Below, piece by piece: positions 37,333 through 49,700 of a stretch of 50,691 nucleotides of DNA. The position numbers were made by a program, and so were the translations under genes. The notes beneath the pieces are model-generated. The model did no database searches, was not told the origin of the DNA, and saw nothing but the letters and a program-made list of their open reading frames with translations. Origin of the DNA: Octopus sinensis (lineage: Eukaryota); assembly GCF_006345805.1 (NCBI RefSeq), contig NW_021834340.1:1-50691 (forward strand), written 5' to 3'. How positions within the stretch are numbered: the first letter of the stretch is position 1; the number at the start of each line of letters is the position of its first letter.

Positions 37333-37860
37333 ATATGTATGTACATTAATGGTAGGCATGGCTGTGTAATTAAGACCCTAGCTTTGCAACCATGCAGTTT
37401 CGGGTTCAATTTCATTGCGAGGCACCTTGGACAAGTAGTTTCTAGCCCCGGACTGACAAGACCTCGTGAGTGGATTTGGTAAACAGAAACTGTGTAGACA
37501 CCCGTCTACGGATGTAGGGTGTCTTTGTATCAATTTGTGCATGGATTCCGGTATTGGTTTGTTTACGTCCCTGTAACCTAGCGGTTCGACGGAAAAGATC
37601 GATACAATAAGTATCACTATTAAAATAAAAATCACTGGGGTTAACTTTTTCAGGTAAAAATTCCTCAAATCAGTATCCCAGAATGACCACAATATAATGA
37701 CCGAAGCAAATACAGAATAAAGGAATATATGCAATTTATACTAGTTCTGGGACGGTGGATTGGCAGAATCATCAACGTGTCCGACAAAATGCCTTGCGGT
37801 ATTTGCTGCGGATCTTTACGTTCTGATTTCAAATTCTGCTGCGGCTAAACTTTGCCCTTT
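37333..37860 (+). mobile_element. Old SINE A (~37333-37722) followed by SINE B head (~37750-37860)
   Basis: GGCATGGCTGTGTAATTAAG..GGGTTCAATTTC..GTGAGTGGATTTGGTAAACAGAAACTG; GGATTGGCAGAATC..GTTCTGATTTCAAATTC. Confidence 0.7.
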
Positions 37861-39095
37861 TTTTTTCGGATCCGAAAAAATGTGCGTACATTCAACTACT
37901 CGCACCGATAACTTCGATTAATCGCATCCATCGAAATTTCTATTGCCCGTGGACAAGGAATGAGGGCGGGTTTCCTCGACCCTGGCGAAGCTACTTCATT
38001 TTGACTTAGCTGACTTGGCGTATTGTTAACTTTTTTGTTTGTTTTTGTAGTTATTAATGTATATTGCTATTTTTTTTTAAGAATTTATAAAAAAAAAGCA
38101 CGTTTCTGTATATTTTGTGGTTGATGTCGTCGCTGTTATGGTTATTGCCATTGCTTAACCCTGGATGAACTAACTTTTAAATTCCCTAACTTTTTAACAC
38201 TGGGTGGACTAACTTTTAACCTAAAGCATTCAAACGATGTCAGCATTTTTGTTTTTATTTGTTTTTTGTTTTTTTTACAAGACACTAATTATCAAAAGAC
38301 TACATTATCTAATTACTGCATTAATCATTTTCTTAGGATCATAGGATGGTATTTAAGAGGAACTCGGTTGCTAAATTAAACAGATAAACCAGAGATTCCG
38401 TCCATCACCGGTTGGGTCGTGTGTGTGTGTGTGTGTGTGTGTCTATGTTTATCACTTTACACTCATAAGCCTCCATATATGTGCGCTCGCGTTCGTGCAT
38501 GTGTATGTGTATGTGTAATTATAAGAGCTATACATTATAAGCCAAGAGATTAAACAAAATTTAACAGAACAAATAACACGTTCTTACCTTATGACAAAAT
38601 ATTAACTGCGTGTTTTTCATTGGCAAGGATTTGGTGCGACGCAGCAGAAGACGAAAGCGAACAGTGGTGTTGTTAAATGATATAGCCATAATGTTACTGT
38701 TTACTCTGTTTTTGTTATTGCTGCTGTTGGTATTATTGATTTGATTAGTACTGCTGTTGATGGTGCTATTAGCTTCTCTCTTTCTTTATTCGTCATTTTT
38801 TTTCCTTTTTTATGTTTTTTTGTTTTTTCTCGGTGTTGTTGCTGGTTAGAAAATTAAAGGCGGGTTTTCGTGATTTTAAACGTTATGGTTCTTTTACAAG
38901 TTTTTATTGCAGACTTCTCTTCGACTACGAGAATTGGACTTGGTACTCATCACCACCACGACCACCACCCCTGCCTACCAACACCATATACATACATTTT
39001 TTCATTTCCTTATGTATATATGTATGTGTGTGTGAGAGTGTCTATGTATGTGTGTATGTACTTGTAAGGCGTGTATGTACGTACAAATGTATGTA

Positions 39096-39128
<33 letters not shown>

Positions 39129-39175
39129 GTGTATGTATGTATGTATGTGTCTGTATGTATGTATGTATGTATGTG

Positions 39176-39241
<66 letters not shown>

Positions 39242-39768
39242 CTTTGTAGATACCGCTTGCGTGTAATAAAAAATGCCACTGTGTAGTTTACAACATCCCG
39301 CTCTGAAGTGTCTAGCTAAAGACTTTTATTTTATTTATTCATTCATTTCTGTGTTTATATCCTTACTCTTGTTGTGGTTGTTGTTGTTGTCGTTTTATCT
39401 TTATAGAGTTTGGTGTGATTTTCACATCAGTCGGAGGAAGGGAGAAAAGTCATATAAGCGACACACGCGCAGCTTCGCTTTGGACGTTTTAACCAAACTG
39501 ACCGCCAATGTCACCCGCTCCACCTTCTCTCACTTATTGCTGGAGGCATCAACTTTTTTTAGGAAAATAAGTTATATTCCTCTTTCCCCTTTTGATGTAC
39601 GCCGACAGATCAAAGGGAAGGAAAAAGGCTCGATCCCGTGGCTATAGCAGCCACTATAGATCAGAGTGTATATAGAGAAGTGGTTTGCTTTCTACTAAAT
39701 ACTATAGATACTGGCTTGGTTTGTGTATGTGTCCATCGGAGTGTATAGTATATAGGCGTGCGTATGTA

Positions 39769-40175
39769 CTCTTTTACTTGTTTCAGTCATTTGACTGCGG
39801 CCATGCTGTAGCACAGCCTTTAGTCGAGCAAATCGACCCCAGGACTTAATCTTTGTAAGCTTAGTACTTATTCTATCGGTCTCTTTTGCCGAAGCGCGAA
39901 GTTACGAGGACGTAAGCACACCACCATCGGTTGTCAAGTGATGTTGGGGGGGGGGGGACAAACAGAGACACATAAACACACACATCTATATATATATATA
40001 TATACATATATACGACAGGTTTCTTTCAGTTTCCGTCTACCAAATCCACTCACAAGGCTTTGGTCGGCCCGAGGCTATAGTAGAAGACACTTACCCAAGG
40101 TGCCAAGCAGTGGGACTGAACCCGGAACCATCTGGGTGTTAAGCAAGCTACTTACCACACAGCCACTCCTGCGCC
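39769..40175 (-). mobile_element. SINE family A, full length
   Basis: TACTCTTTTACTTGTTTCAGTC to CCACTCCTGCGCC. Confidence 0.92.
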
Positions 40176-40187
40176 TGTGTAGATAAT

Positions 40188-40405
40188 CCTTACTACTATA
40201 GGCACAATGATTTAAATTTTAGGGGAGATGACTAGTTGATTACATCGACCCCAGAGTTTCATTGGTACGTTATTTATCGAATCCGAAAGGACGAAAGGCA
40301 AAGTCGACCTCGTTGGAATTTGAACTCAGAACGTAGCGACAGACGAAATACTGCTAAGCATGTCGCCCGGCGTGCTAACGATTCTGTCAGCTCGTCGCCT
40401 TTATG
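40188..40405 (-). mobile_element. SINE B2 with 12-bp TSD
   Basis: TGTGTAGATAAT at 40176-40187 and 40406-40417. Confidence 0.88.
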
Positions 40406-40639
40406 TGTGTAGATAATGACGTATGGTCATGTAGGTGTGTGAATGTGTGTGCGTATGTGTGTGTTTGTGGGGGGTGTAATGTGTTATCTGTTTAAATGTA
40501 ATTGGCATGCGATATATACTTCTCATGCTGACTGTAAATGTAGCTCACCTTGCCGGACGTTAAGTTTGTAACTCTCAAAGAAACATTGATATACATCAGC
40601 AAATACACATGCATACGCACACAAACACGGGCTAATATA

Positions 40640-40761
40640 TATACATATATATACATATATAAACATATATGTATATTTATGTATTTTATATATATATATT
40701 ATATACACATGTATGTATATATATATATATAAACATGTATGTATATATATATATAAACATG

Positions 40762-40807
<46 letters not shown>

Positions 40808-41640
40808 TACATATATATATATACACATATACATACATATATATATATACACACATATACATACATATATATATATACACATATACATACATATATATGT
40901 ATATATATATATATATACTTATATATATGCATATATATAATTATGTAGAGGTATATATGTATACATATATAAGTAGGATACATATATGTGATTCTGTGTG
41001 AATGTATATATATATATATATATGCATATATATGTATGTATATACATATATATATGCATATATATGTATGTATATACATATATATATGCATATATATGTA
41101 TGTATATACATATATATATGCATATATATGTATGTATATACATATATATATGCATATCTATGTATGTACATACATATATATATGCATATCTATGTATGTA
41201 CATACATATATATATGCATATCTATGTATGTACATACATATATATATGCATATCTATGTATACATACATATATATATGCATATATATGTATGTATACATA
41301 TATATATGCATATATATGTATGTATACATATATATATGCATATATATGTATGTATATACATATATATATGCATATATATGTATGTATATACATATATATG
41401 CATATCTATGTATGTACATACATATATATATGCATATCTATGTATGTACATACATATATATGCATATCTATGTATGTACATACATATATATATGCATATC
41501 TATGTATGTATATACATATATATACATATATATGCATATCTATGTATGTATATACATATATATATGCATATATATATGTATGTATATACATATATATATG
41601 CACGTATGCATATTCGTATATATATATATATACATAGGTA
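40640..41640. repeat. TA/CA/TG minisatellite; ~30-bp TATGCATAT(A/C)TATGTATGTA(TA)CATATA unit from ~41020
   Basis: Directly visible. Confidence 0.92.
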
Positions 41641-42104
41641 CACACATATATATGTGTATGAGTATGTGTGTGTGCGTGTATGTGTTACGAAGACAATGAA
41701 CAAACTCATATATATATATATATATATATACATAACACACACAAGCACATCTCTATGCATAGACACAAACACGAGTACACGACTTAGTCAACCAGCCTAA
41801 AAAATGCCATCCGTGGCACAACAGACTAACATCGTGCAACGAATGATAATAAGCATTCACCATGTTTCGACATAATCGAATGAACTGTAATTAAATTAGG
41901 TCGTAGGGTAAATTAGGTTAGGAAATAAATAAGACCATCAGTAACGCCCCACCCCACCCCCCAACCGCCTATACCATTTGCTATCGAATATAGGAGTCCC
42001 AACTATTTTCATCCGATGAAACAGCACAATTTCGAAAATATGTATAGACAGATAAATGAATGTATTAATTTTGCTATCGTCTCCACCACCAGCTCCACCA
42101 CCAT

Positions 42105-42135
<31 letters not shown>

Positions 42136-42269
42136 AGCAGCAACAACAGTAACATAACCATTATATTACCACTATCGCCGTCAATGACCTTCAGTGACAC
42201 CTTTACCATTTTACACACACACACACACATGCGCGCGCGAATGCACATGCAGCTTTTTCATGTTTTGCT

Positions 42270-42520
42270 TGCTTCAGTCATTAGAGTACGGCCATGCTGG
42301 GGCACCGCGTTGAAGAATTTTTAGTCGAATGAATGGACCCCAGTACTACTCTGTTTTTTTTAAGGCATAGTAGTTATTCTCTTTTACTCTTTTACGTGTT
42401 TCAGTCATTTGACCGCGGCCATGCTGGAGCACCGCCTTTAGACGAGCAAAATCGACCCCAGAACTTATTCTTTTGTAAGCCTAGTACTTATTCTATCGAT
42501 CTCATATTCTATCGGTAACC
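42270..42520 (-). mobile_element. Two SINE A tail fragments
   Basis: CGGCCATGCTGGGGCACCGC and TTTCAGTCATTTGACCGCGGCCATGCTGGAGCACCGCC. Confidence 0.8.
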
Positions 42521-42919
42521 GATATCAAAGAGCTGATGTTTGGTGTGCAAATACAGAGAAAAGTATGCTATCGCTTCTGCTGCTGTTGTTTTTGTTGTTT
42601 GAACCTTTTTGCGCTCTAAATGAGCAGAATTATGATCAAACGCATTAGAACCGTGACTATGACATGTTTACTTCAAACACTTTAACAAGGATTATGTTAT
42701 CCTATGTCACCCATTTCAAAGACGATTTGAGAAAGATCTGGCGGCATTTCCCAACAGAACATGTGACTATGTACAAGATCCTTACCTGTAGGTGAGTACT
42801 GACCAGTCTTATTTATTTGAATTTTTGATGAGCAAACGTTTGCTTATGAGATTAGATGCTAACCTTAATCAAAATCGTTAGTGTACCGGGCTATACCTTG
42901 TGATATTTCTCTACCTCCT

Positions 42920-43640
42920 TATTTGAGCTCGAATCACGCCAAGGTTAATTTGCCTTTCATCCTCTCGACGCCGTTAAATTAAAGTCCTGGGGTCGGTGGT
43001 ATTGACGAATATCTTCCCTTCAGAATTGTTGACCATGTACCCAAATTAAGAACCATTATTTGACCAGAGAAAGACCCTAGATTAGCAGAATTGCTAGAGT
43101 GTCGGACAAATATGCCTTGCAAGAGGGGTTCTGTCTCTTTACATTTTAAGTTCAAATCCTGCAGAGGTAAACTTCGCATTTCATCTTTTCGGAGTCGATA
43201 AAATAAAGTACCAGTCATGTACTGGGGTTGATGTAATCGACAATTCCCCTCCCCTCAAATATTTTTGCTTTGTGTTTAAATCAGAAGCAACTGTTTCATA
43301 AAAGGAGTACAGTCAATTACATTGGTTTCAAATTTTGGCACAAGGCAAGCAGATTTTTTTTTTTTTTTAGGTTAAGGAGTTAAATCGATCACATCGACTT
43401 CAGAGCTCAACTGCTATTTATTTTATCGAACCCGAAAGGATGGAAGGCAAAGTCAACCCCGGCGGAATTTGAACGCAGAACGTAAAGACGGACGAAATGC
43501 TGTATAGCATTTTGCTCGGCGTGCTACGATTCTGACGGCTCACTGCTGAGTGCAGCCAACCATATTATTCAGTTCTTGACTGGTACTTATTTTATAGACC
43601 CTAGAAGGATGAAAACAAATCGACCTCGGAGGAATTTGAA
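42920..43640. mobile_element. Cluster of four diverged SINE B copies (two plus, two minus)
   Basis: Repeated TTTGCCTTTCATCC/TTTCATCTTTTCGGAGTCGATAAAATAAAGTACC and reverse GAAAGGATGGAAGGCAAAGTC. Confidence 0.75.
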
Positions 43641-43664
43641 AGAAAAATATAATTGAATATTTTT

Positions 43665-43942
43665 GGCACTCCGTAGGCTACGGCGACGAAGGCTCCAGTT
43701 CATCCGATCAACCTGCCAGTGAAATTAGCGTGAAAGTGGCTGAGCACCCCACAGACACGTGTACCCTTATCGTAGTTCTCATGGAGATTCAGCATGACTC
43801 AGAATGTCACAAGGCTGGACCTTTGAATTACAGGTACTACTAACTTTTTGCCAGCACCGTGAAATAAAGTGTCTTGCTCAAGGACACAAGGCATCGCCAG
43901 GATATGAACTCACGGTCTTACGATCGTGAACCGAATGCCCGG
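43665..43942 (-). mobile_element. SINE family C, full length
   Basis: GGCACTCCGTAGGCTACG..GTGTCTTGCTCAAGGACAC..TTACGATCGTGAACCGAATGCCCGGACCACTAAGCTACGCGCC. Confidence 0.88.
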
Positions 43943-44110
43943 ACCACTAAGCTACGCGCCTTCATTAAATAAATATATGCCAAAAGATATTCATTCCGAA
44001 TTTTTACCATTTTTGTCACGACTCTTGTACTCCCAGAAAAATGAAAGTTGGCGGGAATTTAAAGACGAAATATAAGATGAATTAAATATATGTTGTAAGA
44101 TATTCATATT

Positions 44111-44520
44111 GCGCAGGAATGGCTGTGTGGTAAGTAGCCTGCTAACCAACCACATGTTTCCGGGTTCAGTTCCACTGCGTGGCATCTTGGGCAGGTGTCT
44201 TCTGCTATAGCCCCGGGCCGACCAATGCCTTGTGAGTGGATTTGGTAGACGGAAACGGAAAGAAGCCTGTCGTATATATGTATATATATATGCGTGTGTG
44301 TGTGTTTGTGTGTCTGTGTTTGTCCCCCTAGCATTGCTTGACAACCGATGCTGGTGTGTTCACGTCCCCGTAACTTAGCGGTTCGGCAAAAGAGAACGAT
44401 AGAATAAGTACTGGGCTTTCAAAGAATAAGTCCCGGGGTCGATTTGCTCCACTAAATGCGGTGCTCCAGCATGGCCGCAGTCAAAGGACTGAAACAAGTA
44501 AAAGAGAGAGTAAAGAGAGA
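44111..44520 (+). mobile_element. SINE family A, full length
   Basis: GCGCAGGAATGGCTGTGTGGTAAG head to GACTGAAACAAGTAAAAGAG tail. Confidence 0.92.
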
Positions 44521-44554
44521 GTATTGACTTCATACCGATTCTGTCACGCCTACC

Positions 44555-45140
44555 TAAACTGGATTCAGAAACAACGGGAAATTAGAGAATTGGAACAGAA
44601 CCACCCATAGAAGTACTTGGAAGAAGTGGGTAAAACTGATAAGATACAATACACCGAAATGGAGGAGAAAATTAGAAAAGAGAACTACAAAAGAACCAGG
44701 CTGATATTAAAAACATAACTCAATGCTAGAAATAAGATAATGTTTATAAATGCATTAGGTTTTCCCAGACGTACAGCTTCATCATAATAAATTGGAAGCT
44801 AAGCAAATTGAAGGGTCTAGATGGGTAACTTTAAAAACAAAACAAAACCCACTTATTGCGTTGCGGTCGCATCGTTTCTAAAGCAGACCTAGAACGAGTA
44901 TACCTACCCCATACACAGATGATAGAGGAGTGGTTTGATATAAGTAGAGAGCAGTTACTAAGTGGCAATAATAGGTCTAGATAAATACTCGGAGGCAAGC
45001 AAATAATAACTGATTAGTGTAATAAGGGTACTATATATGTAAACGAAACAATATTACAAACTTCAAGATAATTATACCAAAGGAGATAGATAAGGGCAAA
45101 AACAGTAGAGAAATGTTACAAAAGAACTAATGGCAAAATC
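44555..45140 (+). mobile_element. Degenerate Dong/R4-clade LINE internal fragment (post-RT region)
   Basis: Hand translation with stops and frameshifts: IRELEQNHP*KYL..EMEEKIRKENYKRTRLILKT*LNARNKIMFINAL..YSFIIINWKL..KADLERVYLP..GLI*VE..IGLDKY. This matches the R4 pattern YKYLG..KEY..R..L..ELNA.NK..AIN..YSF.IINW..HPKADV.RLYLPR.GGRGLI. Confidence 0.8.
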
Positions 45141-45169
45141 AAAAGAAATAATAGTTTCTTATTTAGGTA

Positions 45170-45310
45170 CAAGGCAAGAAATTTTTAAAGGAGGTGGAGT
45201 TAGTCTATACCATCGACCCCCCAGTACCTGACTGGAAATTTATATTAACGACCCTGGAGGGATGACAAATAAAGCTGCTTTCGGCAGGATTCGAACTTGG
45301 AATGTAATGA
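45170..45310 (-). mobile_element. Diverged SINE B2 fragment (a further plus-strand one lies at ~45800-45970)
   Basis: ACAAGGCAAGAAATTTT..CATCGACCCCCAGTACCTGACTGG..GGATTCGAACT. Confidence 0.6.
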
Positions 45311-45419
45311 TTTTATAGGTAGAGAGATAAGCAAATGGGATTTCTGATAATTATGAGTTTCCTTTAGGGATACGGGTTTTGCGTGGAAACAATTGTTTGT
45401 GCATTCGTTGTTCGGTAGA

Positions 45420-45629
45420 AGGCGCATCCAGTTGTTAGTTATGACCAGTATGAGGAATCGCTCCCCGTCTGGAGGCCATGATGCAAATTGTTCTATGCTG
45501 AACAAGACAGAAAGTTCTAATGGCAGACACTTACCTCTTATAAATAATATGTCGATCCCTCATCAAAATCTTCAAGTTCCACTTGTAGAGGAACGCGAGA
45601 GTGAACTGGAAGATACTACCCACCAGTAA
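45420..45629 (+). other. Candidate terminal coding exon
   Basis: Non-repetitive, relatively GC-balanced stretch with a stop-free frame (track ORF 45393-45629) and an AG at 45417-45418 after a T-rich run. No homology recognised. Confidence 0.15.
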
Positions 45630-46923
45630 CTTGCTTTTTAGTCAAAGTCGAATTCCTAAAAATGGAGTAGATACACAATCGTTGGTACTATGTGGGTGTG
45701 TTTTACCCACCGGAAATATTAAACTCTACCAGTTCAACAGAAAATTGGGGTGGAACATTAAGGTCTGAAGAAAAAAAAGTTGGGCACCTAAGCTGGCCGA
45801 ATGGCTACGACTTCGGGGAAAATGCTTTGTTGTTTTCCGGTCTTTAAGTTCCGTGTTCAAATTGCGACAAAATCAACTTTGCTTTTCATCATTTCTGGAT
45901 CAGCTACTGAGGTCGGTGGTATCGACTTCGAATTTTCCCTTTGCTTCAAAACTGTTGGTCTTTTGCCTAAATTATAATCTATCATTTCTGAGGGAAAAAG
46001 TTCCCGGAGAAAAAAAAATGGCTAGGAGGACCAGGACAAAAACATTTTCATTATAGCTTTGTTTGATTAGGACTGATGAAGCAAAACAATATTATGTAAA
46101 CAAAAGCAGAACATGAGAAATTACTCAAAGAGAAAGAGACGTTTAAATGAGAGCGCCATGCTTTTTCTATAGCACCTTATACATAACCAGTAATGCCTTC
46201 AAGAACAGGCTTGATGCACACAGGAGGATGCTTCCTGCAAAATTTGATCCTAAATGTTACTATTAGCTACAACTGTCGAAGTGTTGTACCATTGTACCAA
46301 ACATGACAAATTAACTGTACTAGTGCAAAAGGACATGTGAACAAACTCCTAGGAGCTTCAACACGGAAACCATCCAGTATCCTGTAAAAGATAATTCAGA
46401 GCTGAATTCATACAACAGGAAATCGAACCCGAAATGCGGGCTCAGTTCATCAGACATTTACTTCTTCATATATGAATGTTCAACAATGTATAAATAAATA
46501 TTTAAATGACATTCGTTACCATCTCGAGGAATTTCGTCTCACCCCCTCCAGTTTTTTTTTCTCTAAATTCGCTTATACGATATAACTACTCTCAGACAGG
46601 TAATCAAATCAAATCCCAGCTGCTAGATGACTTGGCCACATACATATATTCAAAGTAATCTAGAATCAAATATTCAAATATTTAATTGCCAATATTGAGT
46701 TTACCATAAGGTGTTGTATATTATATAAATTACGATATTCATATGCCAACTTTTATAGCATATAATTAAATTTTAGTGTTAAAGTGTTATTATTTTTACT
46801 GTAATTTCATTGTTATTCATGTGTAGGTTTTTCGTCGATATTGACTAATTCTTGTTTAAATTCTTCAACCAAGGAATGATGAGGGAAACCGAGTATTTCC
46901 AAAAATAGTAAACTTAGTAAATG

Positions 46924-47345
46924 GGGATCTTTTCGGTTTGAACGACAGTTTTTTCTAGCGGTGTCATATGAAATAGTCACCCATACTTATGACCCTAGTA
47001 TCGATCTATTGCATTTCAATCTGTTTTAGGGTTAGGGTGGGGGAAGGGTATCTTTTTTTTCTTCACAAATGTAAATAAACCCAATCTGTTTCTTAAACGA
47101 GGGACCTATTCATATAGCACAGAATTTTTTTTTTTTTTACCTCAATGGACGTCATTGATTTGTTGAAATTGCAGAAATTGAAGAAAAAAAAACAAAACAA
47201 ATATCTGACAAAGTATAGAATTTTCTCAATAAAGCCAAGAGAAAAAAGATGTTTTCTAAACACATTCTACCAGTATACGAAGTTTAAAATTTTTTAGTTA
47301 CTTAGAAATTATGTTAAAAACTGCCGTTCAAACCGAAAAGATTCG
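46924..47345. mobile_element. MITE, 422 bp, ~28-bp TIRs
   Basis: Left GGGATCTTTTCGGTTTGAACGACAGTTTTT; the right end's reverse complement is CGAATCTTTTCGGTTTGAACGGCAGTTTTT. TAAATG on both flanks. Internal TTAGGGTTAGGG at 47026-47037. Confidence 0.85.
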
Positions 47346-48829
47346 TAAATGATACGTGTAAATGCGCCAAACTCTATAGTGATAAAATCTGAGCATGCAT
47401 GCAGAATCAAGGTTCGATTCCCGTCATACTTATTTCAAATATTTTGGGGGGAATACATGAATGCCATAAATGGCTTTAATTATTTCTGATACTAGTACCA
47501 TAAAAACCCAATACAACTCATCTCACATTCTGATACTCAGCGATAAACCCAGCTTTCCATCTCATTTTACTGGCTGTGGAAGGTGTCTGGAATCTCAGCA
47601 GGATAAAAAATAGAACCTGTGGACGGTCCGAAGAGCTTCTCACATAGAAGCAAATAGTTGCTTATACTTGGGGAAGACAGAGTTGCTTGCCGGTGACTAC
47701 TTTAAACGAAGGGGATGCAATCATGCAGGAGAATATACAGTTAAGTGCCGGGTTCCAAAATTGAAATGAACTGGACTGAAAATTATATAATTGTAAACCA
47801 AGGAAAACTACTATATCAGTAATTAATGAAAATGTCATTAGCGTCACACACCGTGTGTGTGTACTTTCCACCCAGTGGTGAGTTTTCAGATGTATTTGCT
47901 CACGCTGCAGAACTTCCTCCAGAGGAACGGGATACTTGATCGGGCTAAACACACGCACACATACACATTTACATTTACTGTTTTTCTTCTAATTGCATTG
48001 GAAGGGATATGCATGCGTGTCTGGTCATCAATTTTGTAAAGCAGTATGGGCGGCTGGTTAAAACAGAAGTGTCAAGTTTCGGTCAAATATATTTGAAACT
48101 TTTGATGACCGTCCAAAGCGATTAAAGTGTATCGAAGCTGTGCCCAGTTAATATCGCCAAGACAATGGAAATGAAGCCGAGGATGTAGAGCGAAACGGTT
48201 AGTTGTTATACACGGAATAGTAAAAGGGCCACTTCAGAGCCTTTTCGCCTGAAGAACTGGCAAGATAAAGAAAACGAGAAAGCTAAAAGGGAAAGTAACG
48301 AAAGCTAACCGAATTTGAAACGGGAGACGAAAGTTCGAGTTTTTAGAGTATCATGTGTCATAGATCCGTAAATAGCTAAAGGGATCACCTCTTAAGTCCT
48401 GGAAACAGGGGAGCAAATATTCTTACCCCAAACGTAGCAACTAGTAGTACCAATCTATCACCCTGTGATAAGGGAGTGATAAAAGCTGGAGATGAATGTA
48501 TTGAAAATGTAGGAGAAAATACAAGATAGAAAAAGAAAAAAAGGAAGAAAACTAGCAGAAGTCAAGAAAATGGAAGGTGGAGAAACAATTTACACAAAAC
48601 AATAATTTTTCCTTTCCTCGGAGTTAGGATAAAAGCGAGGACAAATACCGAGCGTGATGAACGTACGTTCATCGTCATACCGGGATAAAAACCGTCATTT
48701 AAAAGAACAAAATCGTGTTCCTGCGACACCATGGCCATTCCGGTGAGATAGAAATGATAGAGACAAAGTTGGGATGAAACAGAGGAGACAAGTGAAGAAC
48801 AGGTTGTTGGTTAAAATAATAGTTTTAAA

Positions 48830-49700
48830 CTTTGGCATTTTGTTAGAAATTTCAATGAGAGGAGATTAGTGGTTTACATTAACTCCACAACACATCTGGC
48901 TCTAATTTAATCGGCACAGGAAGGATGAAAAGCAACGTCGACCGCAGTAGAACTTGAACTCGTAACGCAACAGGGACAATAGAAATGCCGGTAAGTGTTT
49001 GACAGGAGCACAAACGATTCTGCCTGATCGCTTGTCATAATAATAATCCTTACAAACATAAGCACAAAGGCTGAAAGTTTGGTTGGAAGGGGATAGTCAA
49101 TTATATTGAACCCAATGCTCGACTGGTACTTATTCTATCTACCCCTAAAAAAGTGAAAGGTAAAATTTGAACTGTGGACGTAAAGACGGACGAAATACTG
49201 CTAAACACTTTGCCCCGCGTACTAATGTTTTTACCATGTCTGCAACTTAACACCGTCTTAATTATCCTTTTTAATTAAGTCACAAGGCCTGAAATTTTGG
49301 AGAAGGAGATTAGTCGATTATATTTAGCCCGGTGTTTCCTCTGGTTCTTAATTCATCGATCTCGAAAGGATGAAAGGCAAAGCCGACCTCGGTTGAATTT
49401 GAACTGAGAACTTAAAAACGGGTGAAATACTGCCAAGCATTTCGTCCAATGTACATACGATTTTTCTAGCTCACCGCATTAAACGCCGCCTTGCTACTGC
49501 AACTACTACTACTACTACTAATAATAATAATAATAATAATAATAATATAATAATAATAATTCTTTCTAATTTTGACACAAGGCCAGAAATTTTAGTGGGG
49601 CTGGTGTAGACGTGTCAATTACATCGACTACACTGCTCAACTATTACATATTTTATCGACCCCAAAAAATGATTAAAGGTAACGTCGACCTCAATGATCC
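48830..49700 (-). mobile_element. Array of four diverged head-to-tail SINE B2 copies separated by (AAT)n/(ACT)n
   Basis: Repeated (C)ACAAGGCC(T/A)GAAATTTT tail complements and GGATGAAA(A/G)GCAA..TCGACC cores at about 48830, 49040, 49270 and 49560. Confidence 0.75.

Noticed and set aside
45533-45610. Minus-strand peptide VPLQVELEDFDEGSTYYL resembling a fibrinogen-domain strand, with a GTAAGT donor
   Set aside because: That frame hits a stop before the donor, and no other fibrinogen-domain motifs are nearby.
46418-46455. Minus-strand CTGATGA followed by a 7-bp hairpin
   Set aside because: It is followed by GATT rather than GAAA, and is better explained as a degenerate B-box (GGTTCGATT).
47026-47037. 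Interstitial telomere or fusion site
   Set aside because: Only two TTAGGG units, and they lie inside a MITE.
47857-48039. ORF MYLLTLQNFLQRNGILD... after TTTTCAG
   Set aside because: No recognisable homology, it runs into (CA)n, and the acceptor overlaps a donor-like GTGAGT.
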